From NCBI GenBank assembly GCA_963666345.1, contig OY762721.1, positions 800,001 through 864,000 on the forward strand: a stretch of DNA of 64,000 bases. Reading direction: 5' to 3'. The position numbers were made by a program, and so were the translations under genes. Shown here in pieces: positions 1 to 8,540 of the stretch (the stretch's first letter is position 1; each line of letters begins with the position of its first letter). The DNA is from Desulfatiglandales bacterium. GTDB taxonomy: Bacteria > Desulfobacterota > DSM-4660 > Desulfatiglandales > Desulfatiglandaceae. Under the pieces are notes generated by a model. It did not search any database. It was not told where the DNA came from and saw only the letters and a list, made by a program, of their open reading frames with translations.

Positions 1-2
1 GT

Positions 3-104
3 GACGGATTCGTGGTAAGGAAAATGAATGCCGCACAGACAAAGGCCTACATTGAAAAGAAGAAGGCACAGTTGCTTCCGATCCTGAAGGCCTCCAAAAA
101 ATAG
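3..104 (+). CDS. C-terminal end of a probable tripartite tricarboxylate transporter substrate-binding protein (TctC/Bug), 5'-truncated by the window edge
   Basis: Open frame DGFVVRKMNAAQTKAYIEKKKAQLLPILKASKK* ends at TAG 102-104, directly upstream of tctA/tctB-like genes; assignment rests mostly on context. Confidence 0.55.
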   Translation, partial: DGFVVRKMNAAQTKAYIEKKKAQLLPILKASKK

Positions 105-133
105 GTGGCGTTTTAGGCCCTTGTTACTAAACC

Positions 134-157
134 GCAGGGGGGCCTTGGTCCCCCTGC
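134..157 (+). terminator. Intercistronic GC-rich stem-loop
   Basis: GCAGGGGG...CCCCTGC inverted repeat between the binding-protein gene and tctA; no U tract. Confidence 0.5.
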
Positions 158-179
158 CTATAATCTAGGTGTAAAAATC

Positions 180-1730
180 ATGTTTGATGCGGCTCTTACC
201 GGTTTACTCAATGTCTTTGAGTTTTGGAATTTTCTCTGCCTCTTCGGTGGGGTAGTAATGGGGATCGTTTTCGGGGCCCTTCCGGGCCTCACCGCTACCA
301 TGGGCCTGGCCCTGCTTATCCCTTTTACCTTTACCATGACCCCTGCCGCCGGCCTGATAATGCTGGCGGGCATCTATGTGGGTGCCATGTACGGAGATTC
401 AATCCCGGCAATTCTTATCAACACACCGGGCACTCCCGCGGCTATTGCCACCACTTTTGACGGATTTCCTCTTGCCCAGAAGGGTATGGCCCAGCACGGT
501 CTTGTGGCAGCGGCCATCGCCTCCGCGTTCGGATCCCTTGTGGCAAATATCGTTCTTGCCACCGCCGCCCCACCCCTTGCCGAGGCATCCCTCAAGTTCG
601 GTCCGCCCGAGTATTTCTGGCTGGGCATATTCGGACTGACTATTATCGCAACCCTTTCATCCGGTTTTATCTTTAAAGGTCTTCTGGGCGGCACCTTCGG
701 ACTTATACTCAGCACGGTCGGCATGTCACCCCTTGGAGGGGATGTAAGACTCACCTTCGGCTATCCCGAACTTCAGGCCGGCATAGAACTCATTGTCGCT
801 CTCATAGGGTTTTTCTGTCTTCCTGAAATCCTGAGCAGTATTATCGGTCAGAGAAGGCAGTCATATTCTTCCCAGAAGGTCGTGCCGACACTTAGCGTTA
901 TATGGGAAGTAACCACATCTTTGCTCAAAAAACCGGTTCTCATGTTTCGGTCCTCTATAATTGGAACGATTATAGGATTTGCTCCCGGTGCCGGGGGAAA
1001 TATTGCCAGCATGGTTTCCTATAACGAGGCATGCCGTTGGGATAAAAATCCGGAAGAATTCGGAAAAGGCACTATCAAGGGAGTAGCCGCATCCGAGGCC
1101 GCTAACAGCGCGATGGCGCCGGGCTCTCTTATACCTCTGCTTACCTTGGGGATACCCGGCTCTCCTCCTTCGGCGGTCATATTGGGGGCACTCATGCTCC
1201 ACGGCATGAGACCCGGAGTAGAGCTTTTCAGCGTACATGTTGTGACAACCTACTCCTTTATTATGGGTTTGCTCGTTGCTGCTTTTCTGGTAACGATTAT
1301 CGGCAGCTTCGGCTCCTTTGTATATGCGAGGATAATCAATATCCCCGCCAGATTTCTCGCACCGGCAGTGGTGTTCATGACTATTCTCGGGTCCTATGCC
1401 ATCAGGAACAACATCCTTGACGTATGGATCATGTTTTTGTTCGGAGTCATAGGCTACGCCAGCAATAAGCTTAAGTTTCATCCCGCACCGATCGTACTGG
1501 GGCTTATCTTAGGTCCATTCGTCGAAGAGGGACTTGTCCAGTCCATGCTTGCGGGGAAGGCCTCGGGCAGCGTTATCGGTTATATGACCTTAAGGCCTAT
1601 ATCTGCTGTCCTGATCGGGTTGTGCGTCATGTCGGCCGGCTGGCCGTTGTTTGCCTCATGGCGGACCAAAAGACGGGAAAAGGCTAAAGCCTGTGCCTGT
1701 GATGTGGAGGATACTAATGTTAAACGCTGA
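180..1730 (+). CDS. tctA: Tripartite tricarboxylate transporter large permease TctA
   Basis: 516 aa polytopic membrane protein with GALPGL, YGDSIPAILINTPGTP, FGPPEYF, EAANSA and LIPLLTLGIPG motifs. Confidence 0.93.
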   Translation: MFDAALTGLLNVFEFWNFLCLFGGVVMGIVFGALPGLTATMGLALLIPFTFTMTPAAGLIMLAGIYVGAMYGDSIPAILINTPGTPAAIATTFDGFPLAQKGMAQHGLVAAAIASAFGSLVANIVLATAAPPLAEASLKFGPPEYFWLGIFGLTIIATLSSGFIFKGLLGGTFGLILSTVGMSPLGGDVRLTFGYPELQAGIELIVALIGFFCLPEILSSIIGQRRQSYSSQKVVPTLSVIWEVTTSLLKKPVLMFRSSIIGTIIGFAPGAGGNIASMVSYNEACRWDKNPEEFGKGTIKGVAASEAANSAMAPGSLIPLLTLGIPGSPPSAVILGALMLHGMRPGVELFSVHVVTTYSFIMGLLVAAFLVTIIGSFGSFVYARIINIPARFLAPAVVFMTILGSYAIRNNILDVWIMFLFGVIGYASNKLKFHPAPIVLGLILGPFVEEGLVQSMLAGKASGSVIGYMTLRPISAVLIGLCVMSAGWPLFASWRTKRREKAKACACDVEDTNVKR

Positions 1731-2163
1731 TCTTATTGTTGGAATATCTTCTTTTGTTTTAGGGGGAATCCTCTACTTTTCGTCACGGGGCCTGAGCAAA
1801 CTGGGGGGAATTTTCGTTAACTATGTGCTCGTGGCAATTTTTCTGCTGGCTGCGGTGATGTTTGTTAAAGGGCTGATAAAGCCGGAAAAGCTTGCCTTTT
1901 TCGAATCGGTTATTGAACGGAACAACATCCTGATCGGAATAATCATCCTGTTTCTTTACCTTATTATCATGCCTTGGATAGGTTTTCTGATATCGAGTTA
2001 TATCTTTTATTTCGCCTTCAACACATATCTTGCGGAAAACCGCTGGAGCAACAGAAATATCCTCCAGTCCATGGCATTGAGCGCGATTGTGGTCACCTTC
2101 TTTTATATCATTTTCCACCACGTGCTGCAGGTCCCACTTCCTGTCGGATCATTTTTTGAATAG
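1717..2163 (+). CDS. TctB-family small membrane subunit
   Basis: ATG 1717 with GGAGG RBS, overlapping the tctA stop; about 4 TM helices; C-terminal IF..VLQVPLPVG motif. Confidence 0.8.
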   Translation: MLNADLIVGISSFVLGGILYFSSRGLSKLGGIFVNYVLVAIFLLAAVMFVKGLIKPEKLAFFESVIERNNILIGIIILFLYLIIMPWIGFLISSYIFYFAFNTYLAENRWSNRNILQSMALSAIVVTFFYIIFHHVLQVPLPVGSFFE

Positions 2164-2204
2164 GATGACGGGGAGAGAAGATCGGATATGATTGGCGGGC
2201 CTTC

Positions 2205-3752
2205 TCAAAAAGAGGAGGCCCTGTAATCACTTGGGTTCAGATTGAATTTTCTCAATCGGTATTGAAGGGTTGAACGAGGAAGACCCAGGATCCTGGCCGC
2301 ACCGTTTTTTCCGCCTACGGCCCCGCTGCATTTTATAAGAACCCCTTCAATATGCCTGCGCTCTATCTCAGCCAGGGTGAGGTCACCAGCGGCTACAGGC
2401 GTATCAGGGAAAGGGCCCAGCAGGGCGGAGATATCATTTGCATCTATATGATCCCCGGGTCTCAATATTACCATCCTCTTTATCAGGTTCTTCAGTTCCC
2501 TAACGTTTCCCGGCCACTGATACCGGCACAGCATATCGATGGCACCTTCCGAATATGAAGGAGGAAGCCTGTTGATTAATTTCGCCTGGAGGCCGGTCAG
2601 TTTTCTCATCAGAATCGGCACGTCTTCTACCCTCTCCCTGAGAGGGGGAACATGCACATTCACGATATTGAGCCGGTAGAAGAGATCCTTTCTGAATTTT
2701 CCCTCCTTTATCATGAGATCAAGGTCCCTGTTGGTGGCTGCAACCACCCTGAAATCAACCTTGATCGGCCTGCTGTCACCCACCCTTTCAAAGCGGCGCT
2801 CCTGAAGTACATTAAGCATCTTTGCCTGGAGGCTGAGCGGCAGTTCCGAGACCTCATCCAGAAAAACAGTCCCTTTGTCAGCCATCTCAAAGCGGCCGAT
2901 ACGCTTGTCGTCGGCGCCGGTGAAGGCACCTTTTGCATGTCCGAAGAGTTCACTTTCAAAAAGGGATGCAGAAAGCGCGGGGCAGTTTATTTTGACAAAA
3001 AGGTTATCCCTTCTGGAACTGTATCGGTGTATGTAACGAGCCAGATAGTCTTTTCCCGTTCCCGTCTCCCCGCTTATAAGCACGGATGCGTCCGTATCGG
3101 CCACCTGATTCATCAGTTCCATTATATCCTGCATCTGCCTCGAGGAAAAATAAAAGGAATCCTCCTTATAGCCCTCATCGGCATCGGCAATGAGGAAATC
3201 TCTCTGTCTCATCAGATTTGCGTTTATTTTCTTTAGGTGGGTATAGGCAAGCATATTGTCGACCGCAATTGAAACCTGGTTGGTCACATCGGTCAGGACT
3301 TCGGTCAGTTCTTTCAGATAACAGGGAGGTCTTGTAAAGGAAAAATGGATGGTTCCCAGGATTCGATTACGCATGACAAGGGGAAATGCCATGGTCGACC
3401 TGAGACCCGCCTCAAGCATCGACTCTATCGACGGCAGATCGATATAGGATGTGAGATCCTCGATTATGACCGGTTTCATCGACCCGATAACCATGCGCGT
3501 AATAGGACCCTTTGACAGGGGCCTGCTGCCTTTGCATGAAATCCCCTCAGGGTCAATCCCATGGGCCGTTGCAAAATAGCTGATCGATTCGGTTTCGGAA
3601 TCATAAAGATTTATACTGAGCCTGTCATAAGGAAAATTCTTTCTAAGCTCCTTTGCAAGGGCCCTGAAAAGTTCTTCTCTTGTTGTGCGAGTCATTACCG
3701 CATTGTCTATACTCAGCAGAATCTGGTATCGCGCTTCAGTGCTCCAGCGCAT
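2205..3752 (-). CDS. GAF-domain sigma54-dependent transcriptional activator (FhlA/NifA-like)
   Basis: N-terminal GAF domain, GETGTGKD Walker A, ESELFGHAKGAFTGA, WPGNVREL, C-terminal Fis-type HTH. Confidence 0.93.
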   Translation of the reverse strand: MRWSTEARYQILLSIDNAVMTRTTREELFRALAKELRKNFPYDRLSINLYDSETESISYFATAHGIDPEGISCKGSRPLSKGPITRMVIGSMKPVIIEDLTSYIDLPSIESMLEAGLRSTMAFPLVMRNRILGTIHFSFTRPPCYLKELTEVLTDVTNQVSIAVDNMLAYTHLKKINANLMRQRDFLIADADEGYKEDSFYFSSRQMQDIMELMNQVADTDASVLISGETGTGKDYLARYIHRYSSRRDNLFVKINCPALSASLFESELFGHAKGAFTGADDKRIGRFEMADKGTVFLDEVSELPLSLQAKMLNVLQERRFERVGDSRPIKVDFRVVAATNRDLDLMIKEGKFRKDLFYRLNIVNVHVPPLRERVEDVPILMRKLTGLQAKLINRLPPSYSEGAIDMLCRYQWPGNVRELKNLIKRMVILRPGDHIDANDISALLGPFPDTPVAAGDLTLAEIERRHIEGVLIKCSGAVGGKNGAARILGLPRSTLQYRLRKFNLNPSDYRASSF

Positions 3753-4185
3753 TGTATCCTCCTTTTACCTTTCGACCCTTCTTCCGTTCTGAAATCAAAA
3801 GGCAATCATTTGTATTTTGGACAGCTGCCAAAAGGAAAGACAATCCTCCTCAAAGAAAATTTCATATAATATTTAATTTTGCTTTAAAATCAAGCCCAAT
3901 AATGGGCATCCGCAAAAACCACTTGCTCGCGTGGTAAAACCACGCGGCTTAATCTCATGGCTGATCCACCCCTTGGTTGAGGCAAAAAAACCATTGCTTT
4001 GACTTCCGCACACACCCCAAGATGCTGGATGCAAGGCGCCTGGGAGCCACAACCCAGGCGCATAACCTATTCGTCGCACAACTACTCAGGCGGGACAGGT
4101 ATTCGCATATATTGACTGAAAAGCGATGGGGCACTATACTATTTATTTAAGCCTCATGGAAAATTTGATCTTAAAGGGACTCCAA

Positions 4186-4404
4186 GTGGAAATTGATGTC
4201 AAGGTATTCATTAATTTGCGTGAAAATCGCAATTCCAAGGCCATCGTTGAGGAAGATTCAATGGCCGTTGAACTGCTGGAGTCCTTAGGTATCCCTATTT
4301 CCGATGTCGGTATCCTGCTTATAAATGATAAGCAGGCCCTCCTCGATCAAAGGCTTCAAAACGGGGACAAGGTAATTGTCATCCCGCCGACAGGGGGCGG
4401 GTAG
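4186..4404 (+). CDS. MoaD/ThiS-family sulfur carrier
   Basis: 72 aa from GTG 4186 (AAGGGA upstream); LQNGDKVIVIPPTGGG C-terminus. Confidence 0.88.
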   Translation: MEIDVKVFINLRENRNSKAIVEEDSMAVELLESLGIPISDVGILLINDKQALLDQRLQNGDKVIVIPPTGGG

Positions 4405-4449
4405 TCATACCTTCAGATCATTTGATGACGAGCCTCTTGGGGTGAATTC

Positions 4450-5223
4450 ATGAGTCTATCCATAAGATATAAAAGGCAGGCAGCCTTTCCAGGTCTGGGG
4501 GAAAATGGACAGGCGCTTCTTGGAGCGGCAAAAGTCGCTATTGTGGGTTGCGGGGGCCTCGGGTCCACCTTGGCAAGCTGCATGGCAAGGGCCGGGGTTG
4601 GAAACCTTACGATTATCGACCGTGACAGCCCGGATATCTCAAACCTGCACCGTCAATTCCTGTTCGATACATCTGATGTGGAAAAGGGTGCCAACAAGGC
4701 CCTGGCCGCAACTGAAAAGCTGCGCAGAGTGAACCCTGAAATAAAAATCTGTGGTTTACCGGAAAGACTTTCAAAAAAGAATTGCGACAAGCTCCTTGCC
4801 GGAAATGATCTTGTCCTGGATGGAACCGATAATTTTGAAACAAGGTATATCATAAACGACTGGTGCCTCAAAAACAAAGTACCCTGGATCTACGGCGGAG
4901 TTGACTCATCCATAGGGATGACCATGGTTATCAAAGCCGTCAAGGGTCCCTGCTTCAGATGCCTCTTTCCGTCACGCGTTGCTGAGGATCGGCCTTCTGA
5001 CGATCCTCAAAGAGGCATTATCAATACCGTTCCCGTTGTTATAGCCTCTTTTCAGGCAACTGAGGCATTCAAGCTTCTTACACAAAGCAATGATGTAATA
5101 GAAAACTTAAGGATAATAGATCTATGGTCCGGTGAATTCAGGACCGTTCAGATTGAAAGAAATCCTGTCTGTCCTTGCTGTTCATCTGAGCCTTCAAACA
5201 TGAACACCCTGCCGGACAAATAG
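4450..5223 (+). CDS. MoeB/ThiF-family adenylyltransferase
   Basis: RYKRQ, VGCGGLG, SNLHRQ, DGTDNFETRY, CFRC and CPCC Zn motifs. Confidence 0.93.
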   Translation: MSLSIRYKRQAAFPGLGENGQALLGAAKVAIVGCGGLGSTLASCMARAGVGNLTIIDRDSPDISNLHRQFLFDTSDVEKGANKALAATEKLRRVNPEIKICGLPERLSKKNCDKLLAGNDLVLDGTDNFETRYIINDWCLKNKVPWIYGGVDSSIGMTMVIKAVKGPCFRCLFPSRVAEDRPSDDPQRGIINTVPVVIASFQATEAFKLLTQSNDVIENLRIIDLWSGEFRTVQIERNPVCPCCSSEPSNMNTLPDK

Positions 5224-5556
5224 CGCATCGCTAATTATTCCCACTCTTTTTCGTAAGCAAATCACCTTACACCCCTTATCTGCTGTTCCAACATGGCAGT
5301 GCATCGGCTTAAAATTCTTATTTTACACATTGTAAAAGATACTGACACCTTAGTTTCACTGATCAAAAAAAGATGCGTCGCATTTCATTTTATAAGCCCG
5401 TTATTCATTTACTCAAAGCCGACAAAATTATTATTGTTTTTCAAACAGGACCGGTAGGTTCGCAAACCAGAGCCAACGGATCATTTTCTCAAGATTTTTA
5501 TTAGACCATAGAGGACGAACCTGACAGATCCGTATCTTTTTGGGGGGATGGTCTTT

Positions 5557-5573
5557 CTGGCATATAAATTGCC
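5557..5573 (+). promoter_or_regulatory. Putative sigma54 (-24/-12) promoter upstream of the hdr-like operon
   Basis: CTGGCATATAAATTGCC; GG (5559) and GC (5571) are 12 bp apart as in TGGCAC-N5-TTGC. Confidence 0.55.
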
Positions 5574-5814
5574 GTGTTTAAAAAGTTGGGATCAAGTAAT
5601 TTATAAGTCAGTGCTGGAAACCAAAAGAACTTAAAGTATTTTCATCCAAGATTGCCATTTATAATACTAATTTTCAAAATTTCAGACATCTTGACTTGAC
5701 AAACATCATATCCCTTTATAAAAAGCAGTTGCCGCTTAAAAAGGCACGGCAGTTTTTACGATTTCAGCCCTTGAGGCAATCTCCTGATTAACCAGTCAAT
5801 GCGGAGGTCCTAGT

Positions 5815-7569
5815 ATGGCTTTTACGGTATCCCTCTATGCCTCTCTAACAATATTCCTTTTAGGTCTTATATACAGGATATACATTTGGTTCTTTCGAAA
5901 AACCGGGATCTCTCCCAGAGACCTTACCACCTCAAAAAGGGCCTCTTCCGCCATAAAAGGGATAATTTCCGTAATTTTCAGCGCAAAGATTTTTAAACTA
6001 CTAAAGGCTTTTTTACTCGACATATTGTTTCAAAAAAGAATCCTGCAGGAAAGTTTTTTACGCTGGGTAATGCATATGCTCATATTCTGGGGCTTCATGC
6101 TCCTGCTCATCATGCATGCCCTCGATTCGATATTCTTTCCAGGTTCCAACTCTACGCTGAATCCCTTCTTTTTCCTACGAGACCTTTTCGGGCTCATGGT
6201 AATCATAGGTGTTGCGATAGCCGTATTCAGACGCTTTATTCTTAAGGTGCCAAGGCTGAAATCAAACGGGATGGACAAATATGCCGTAATCATACTCGCT
6301 GTGATCATGTTTTCAGGTATTTTTCTCACCGGGATGAAAATCACCTCCAGAAGCGAATTCATGGTCATGGTCGATGATTATGCAGGACTCGATGACGAGG
6401 AGGAAGTAAAGGCACTGGAAAGTTTATGGGTCAAGGAATTCGGTCTGGTGTCCCCTATAGTGAAAGGACCCTTTGAAGAGGAGACATTAGAGCAGGGAAG
6501 CGGACTGCATTCCGATTACTGTGCCGACTGCCATTCCTCCAACAAATCGGCATTTACAGGGTATGCCTTTGCAAAGATTATAAGCCCCTTTGCAGCGGCA
6601 CTGGATCGGGCCGGATTTGTGGGCATACTATGGTATATACATTTTCTTTCCTGCTTTGCGGGACTGGCCTACCTTCCCTTCAGCAAGATGCTCCATATCT
6701 TTTCAACACCGATGAGCCTTCTGGCAAATTCAGTAATGGACGAGGAAACATCAAGTCCTGAAAATATTGCAACAAGGCAGATCATGGAGCTTGACGCCTG
6801 CACTCACTGCGGCACATGCAGCCTTTACTGCTCAGCCATGATGGCCTACGAGGCAAGAGGGAACAGCTATATCCTCCCTTCGGAAAAGATGGTCGTTCTA
6901 AAGTCCATGGCAGCGGGGAAAAAGCTTACCGAAACCGAGGAAAGGGCAATCCTCGAAGGTATTTATCTCTGCACGAACTGTGACAGATGCACCGTAGTCT
7001 GTCCGTCAGGCATAAATCTGAAGGAGTTATGGATAAACGTAAGAGAACAACTGGTGCAGGAAGGACCTGCCGAGCCGTTCATGCTCTCTCCGCTTTCACT
7101 CGTAAGGGGCTTGAAAAGAGAGCGTGTCTCACCGGACGCATATCCCCTTCCCCTTGAGATGGCAGGCAAGGCGCTTTCAGGAAGATTCGATTCACTCATT
7201 GACGCGGAAGTTTCCATCAACCTTGATCAACCTGATGGAAACGGCCGTCTGCTCGCTGAAAGCACCTTTTCCTACTGTTTCGGCTGTCAGAACTGCTCGA
7301 CCGTTTGTCCCGTGGTTGAAAGTTATGAGAACCCGCAGGAGGAACTGGGGCTCCTCCCCCACCAAATCATGTGCTGTCTGGGGCTTGGACTAACCGAAAT
7401 GGCCTCCGGCGCTAAAATGATATGGGATTGTCTCACCTGCTATCAGTGCCAGGAACACTGCCCTCAAAACGTAAAGGTTACTGACATTCTCTATGAGCTG
7501 AAAAACATGGCCGTTGACAAATTTGAAGCAAAGATGGAGAAAGACGATCAAGCAGGCAAAGCTGCCTGA
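5815..7569 (+). CDS. Membrane Fe-S protein: NarI-like cytochrome b domain with a CxxCH motif, fused to HdrC-like [4Fe-4S] domains
   Basis: TM region with His in RWVMHML, IMHAL, WYIHF and PFSKMLHIF; YCADCH; four ferredoxin-type motifs (CTHCGTC, CTNCDRCTVVCP, CFGCQNCSTVCP, CLTCYQCQEHCP). Confidence 0.85.
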   Translation: MAFTVSLYASLTIFLLGLIYRIYIWFFRKTGISPRDLTTSKRASSAIKGIISVIFSAKIFKLLKAFLLDILFQKRILQESFLRWVMHMLIFWGFMLLLIMHALDSIFFPGSNSTLNPFFFLRDLFGLMVIIGVAIAVFRRFILKVPRLKSNGMDKYAVIILAVIMFSGIFLTGMKITSRSEFMVMVDDYAGLDDEEEVKALESLWVKEFGLVSPIVKGPFEEETLEQGSGLHSDYCADCHSSNKSAFTGYAFAKIISPFAAALDRAGFVGILWYIHFLSCFAGLAYLPFSKMLHIFSTPMSLLANSVMDEETSSPENIATRQIMELDACTHCGTCSLYCSAMMAYEARGNSYILPSEKMVVLKSMAAGKKLTETEERAILEGIYLCTNCDRCTVVCPSGINLKELWINVREQLVQEGPAEPFMLSPLSLVRGLKRERVSPDAYPLPLEMAGKALSGRFDSLIDAEVSINLDQPDGNGRLLAESTFSYCFGCQNCSTVCPVVESYENPQEELGLLPHQIMCCLGLGLTEMASGAKMIWDCLTCYQCQEHCPQNVKVTDILYELKNMAVDKFEAKMEKDDQAGKAA

Positions 7570-7658
7570 GGGTGATATAAATTGAGAGGGAGACACAAAA
7601 TCGACCAAACAACTTCATATGGGCCTGTCAAATACCAGGCCGGAGGTTTAATACGATC

Positions 7659-8537
7659 ATGATGAGGTACGCACTATTCATCGGCTGCCAAATCCCCTCC
7701 CGGGTCCCCCAATATGAGACTGCCTCCAGGGCGGTTTTAAAGAAATTGGGCGTCGATGTGGTGGATATAAGGCAGTTTAACTGCTGTGGTTATCCCTTGC
7801 GGAATGTGGACAAGAAGGCGTTTCTTCTTTCATCTGTACGAAATCTGGCCCTCGCCGAACAGAAGGGGCTCGACATGCTGGTTTTGTGCAAATGCTGCTT
7901 CGGAAGTCTCAAAAAGGCTGAACATATGATGAAGGAAGAAGGCGCTTTGCAGGATGAGGTCAGAAAAAGCCTTCAGAAAACCGGTCTGACCTACAAAGGT
8001 GAAACCAGGATATGTCATCTCCTGTCCGTGCTATTTCATGAAGTGGGAGTTGATACCTTAAAGGACAAACTATCAAAAACCTATAAAGGCCTTAATATAG
8101 CCACCCACTATGGGTGCCACGCGCTCAGACCAAGCGAGGTGACCCGGTTTGATGACCCGGTCGCTCCGTCCATCTTCGACAAGCTCGTTGCCGTTACAGG
8201 AGCCAAGAGCGTTGACTGGACCAATAAACTTGAGTGCTGCGGAGCTCCACTCATGGGAATTAATGACGAACTTTCCATGACCCTTACAATGAATAAGGTT
8301 AGAGAAGGTAAAAAGGCGGGAGCCCACTTTTTATGCACCTCCTGCCCATACTGTCAAATTCAGTTCGATACGGTTCAAGATATGATTATTTCCGGCGATG
8401 GAAACCAGGACTACTTACCCTCCATTCTTTTTCCTCAACTTCTGGGTCTTTCGATGGATATCGACCAGGAAGAACTGGGCCTTAAATTGAACAGAGTGGA
8501 TATTACCGAGATAGTATCGTATTTAAACGAGGAGTAG
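7659..8537 (+). CDS. hdrB: Heterodisulfide reductase subunit B (CCG domains)
   Basis: YALFIGC, FNCCG, HYGCHALRP, ECCG, CPYCQIQFD, QLLGL. Confidence 0.92.
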   Translation: MMRYALFIGCQIPSRVPQYETASRAVLKKLGVDVVDIRQFNCCGYPLRNVDKKAFLLSSVRNLALAEQKGLDMLVLCKCCFGSLKKAEHMMKEEGALQDEVRKSLQKTGLTYKGETRICHLLSVLFHEVGVDTLKDKLSKTYKGLNIATHYGCHALRPSEVTRFDDPVAPSIFDKLVAVTGAKSVDWTNKLECCGAPLMGINDELSMTLTMNKVREGKKAGAHFLCTSCPYCQIQFDTVQDMIISGDGNQDYLPSILFPQLLGLSMDIDQEELGLKLNRVDITEIVSYLNEE

Positions 8538-8540
8538 ATA

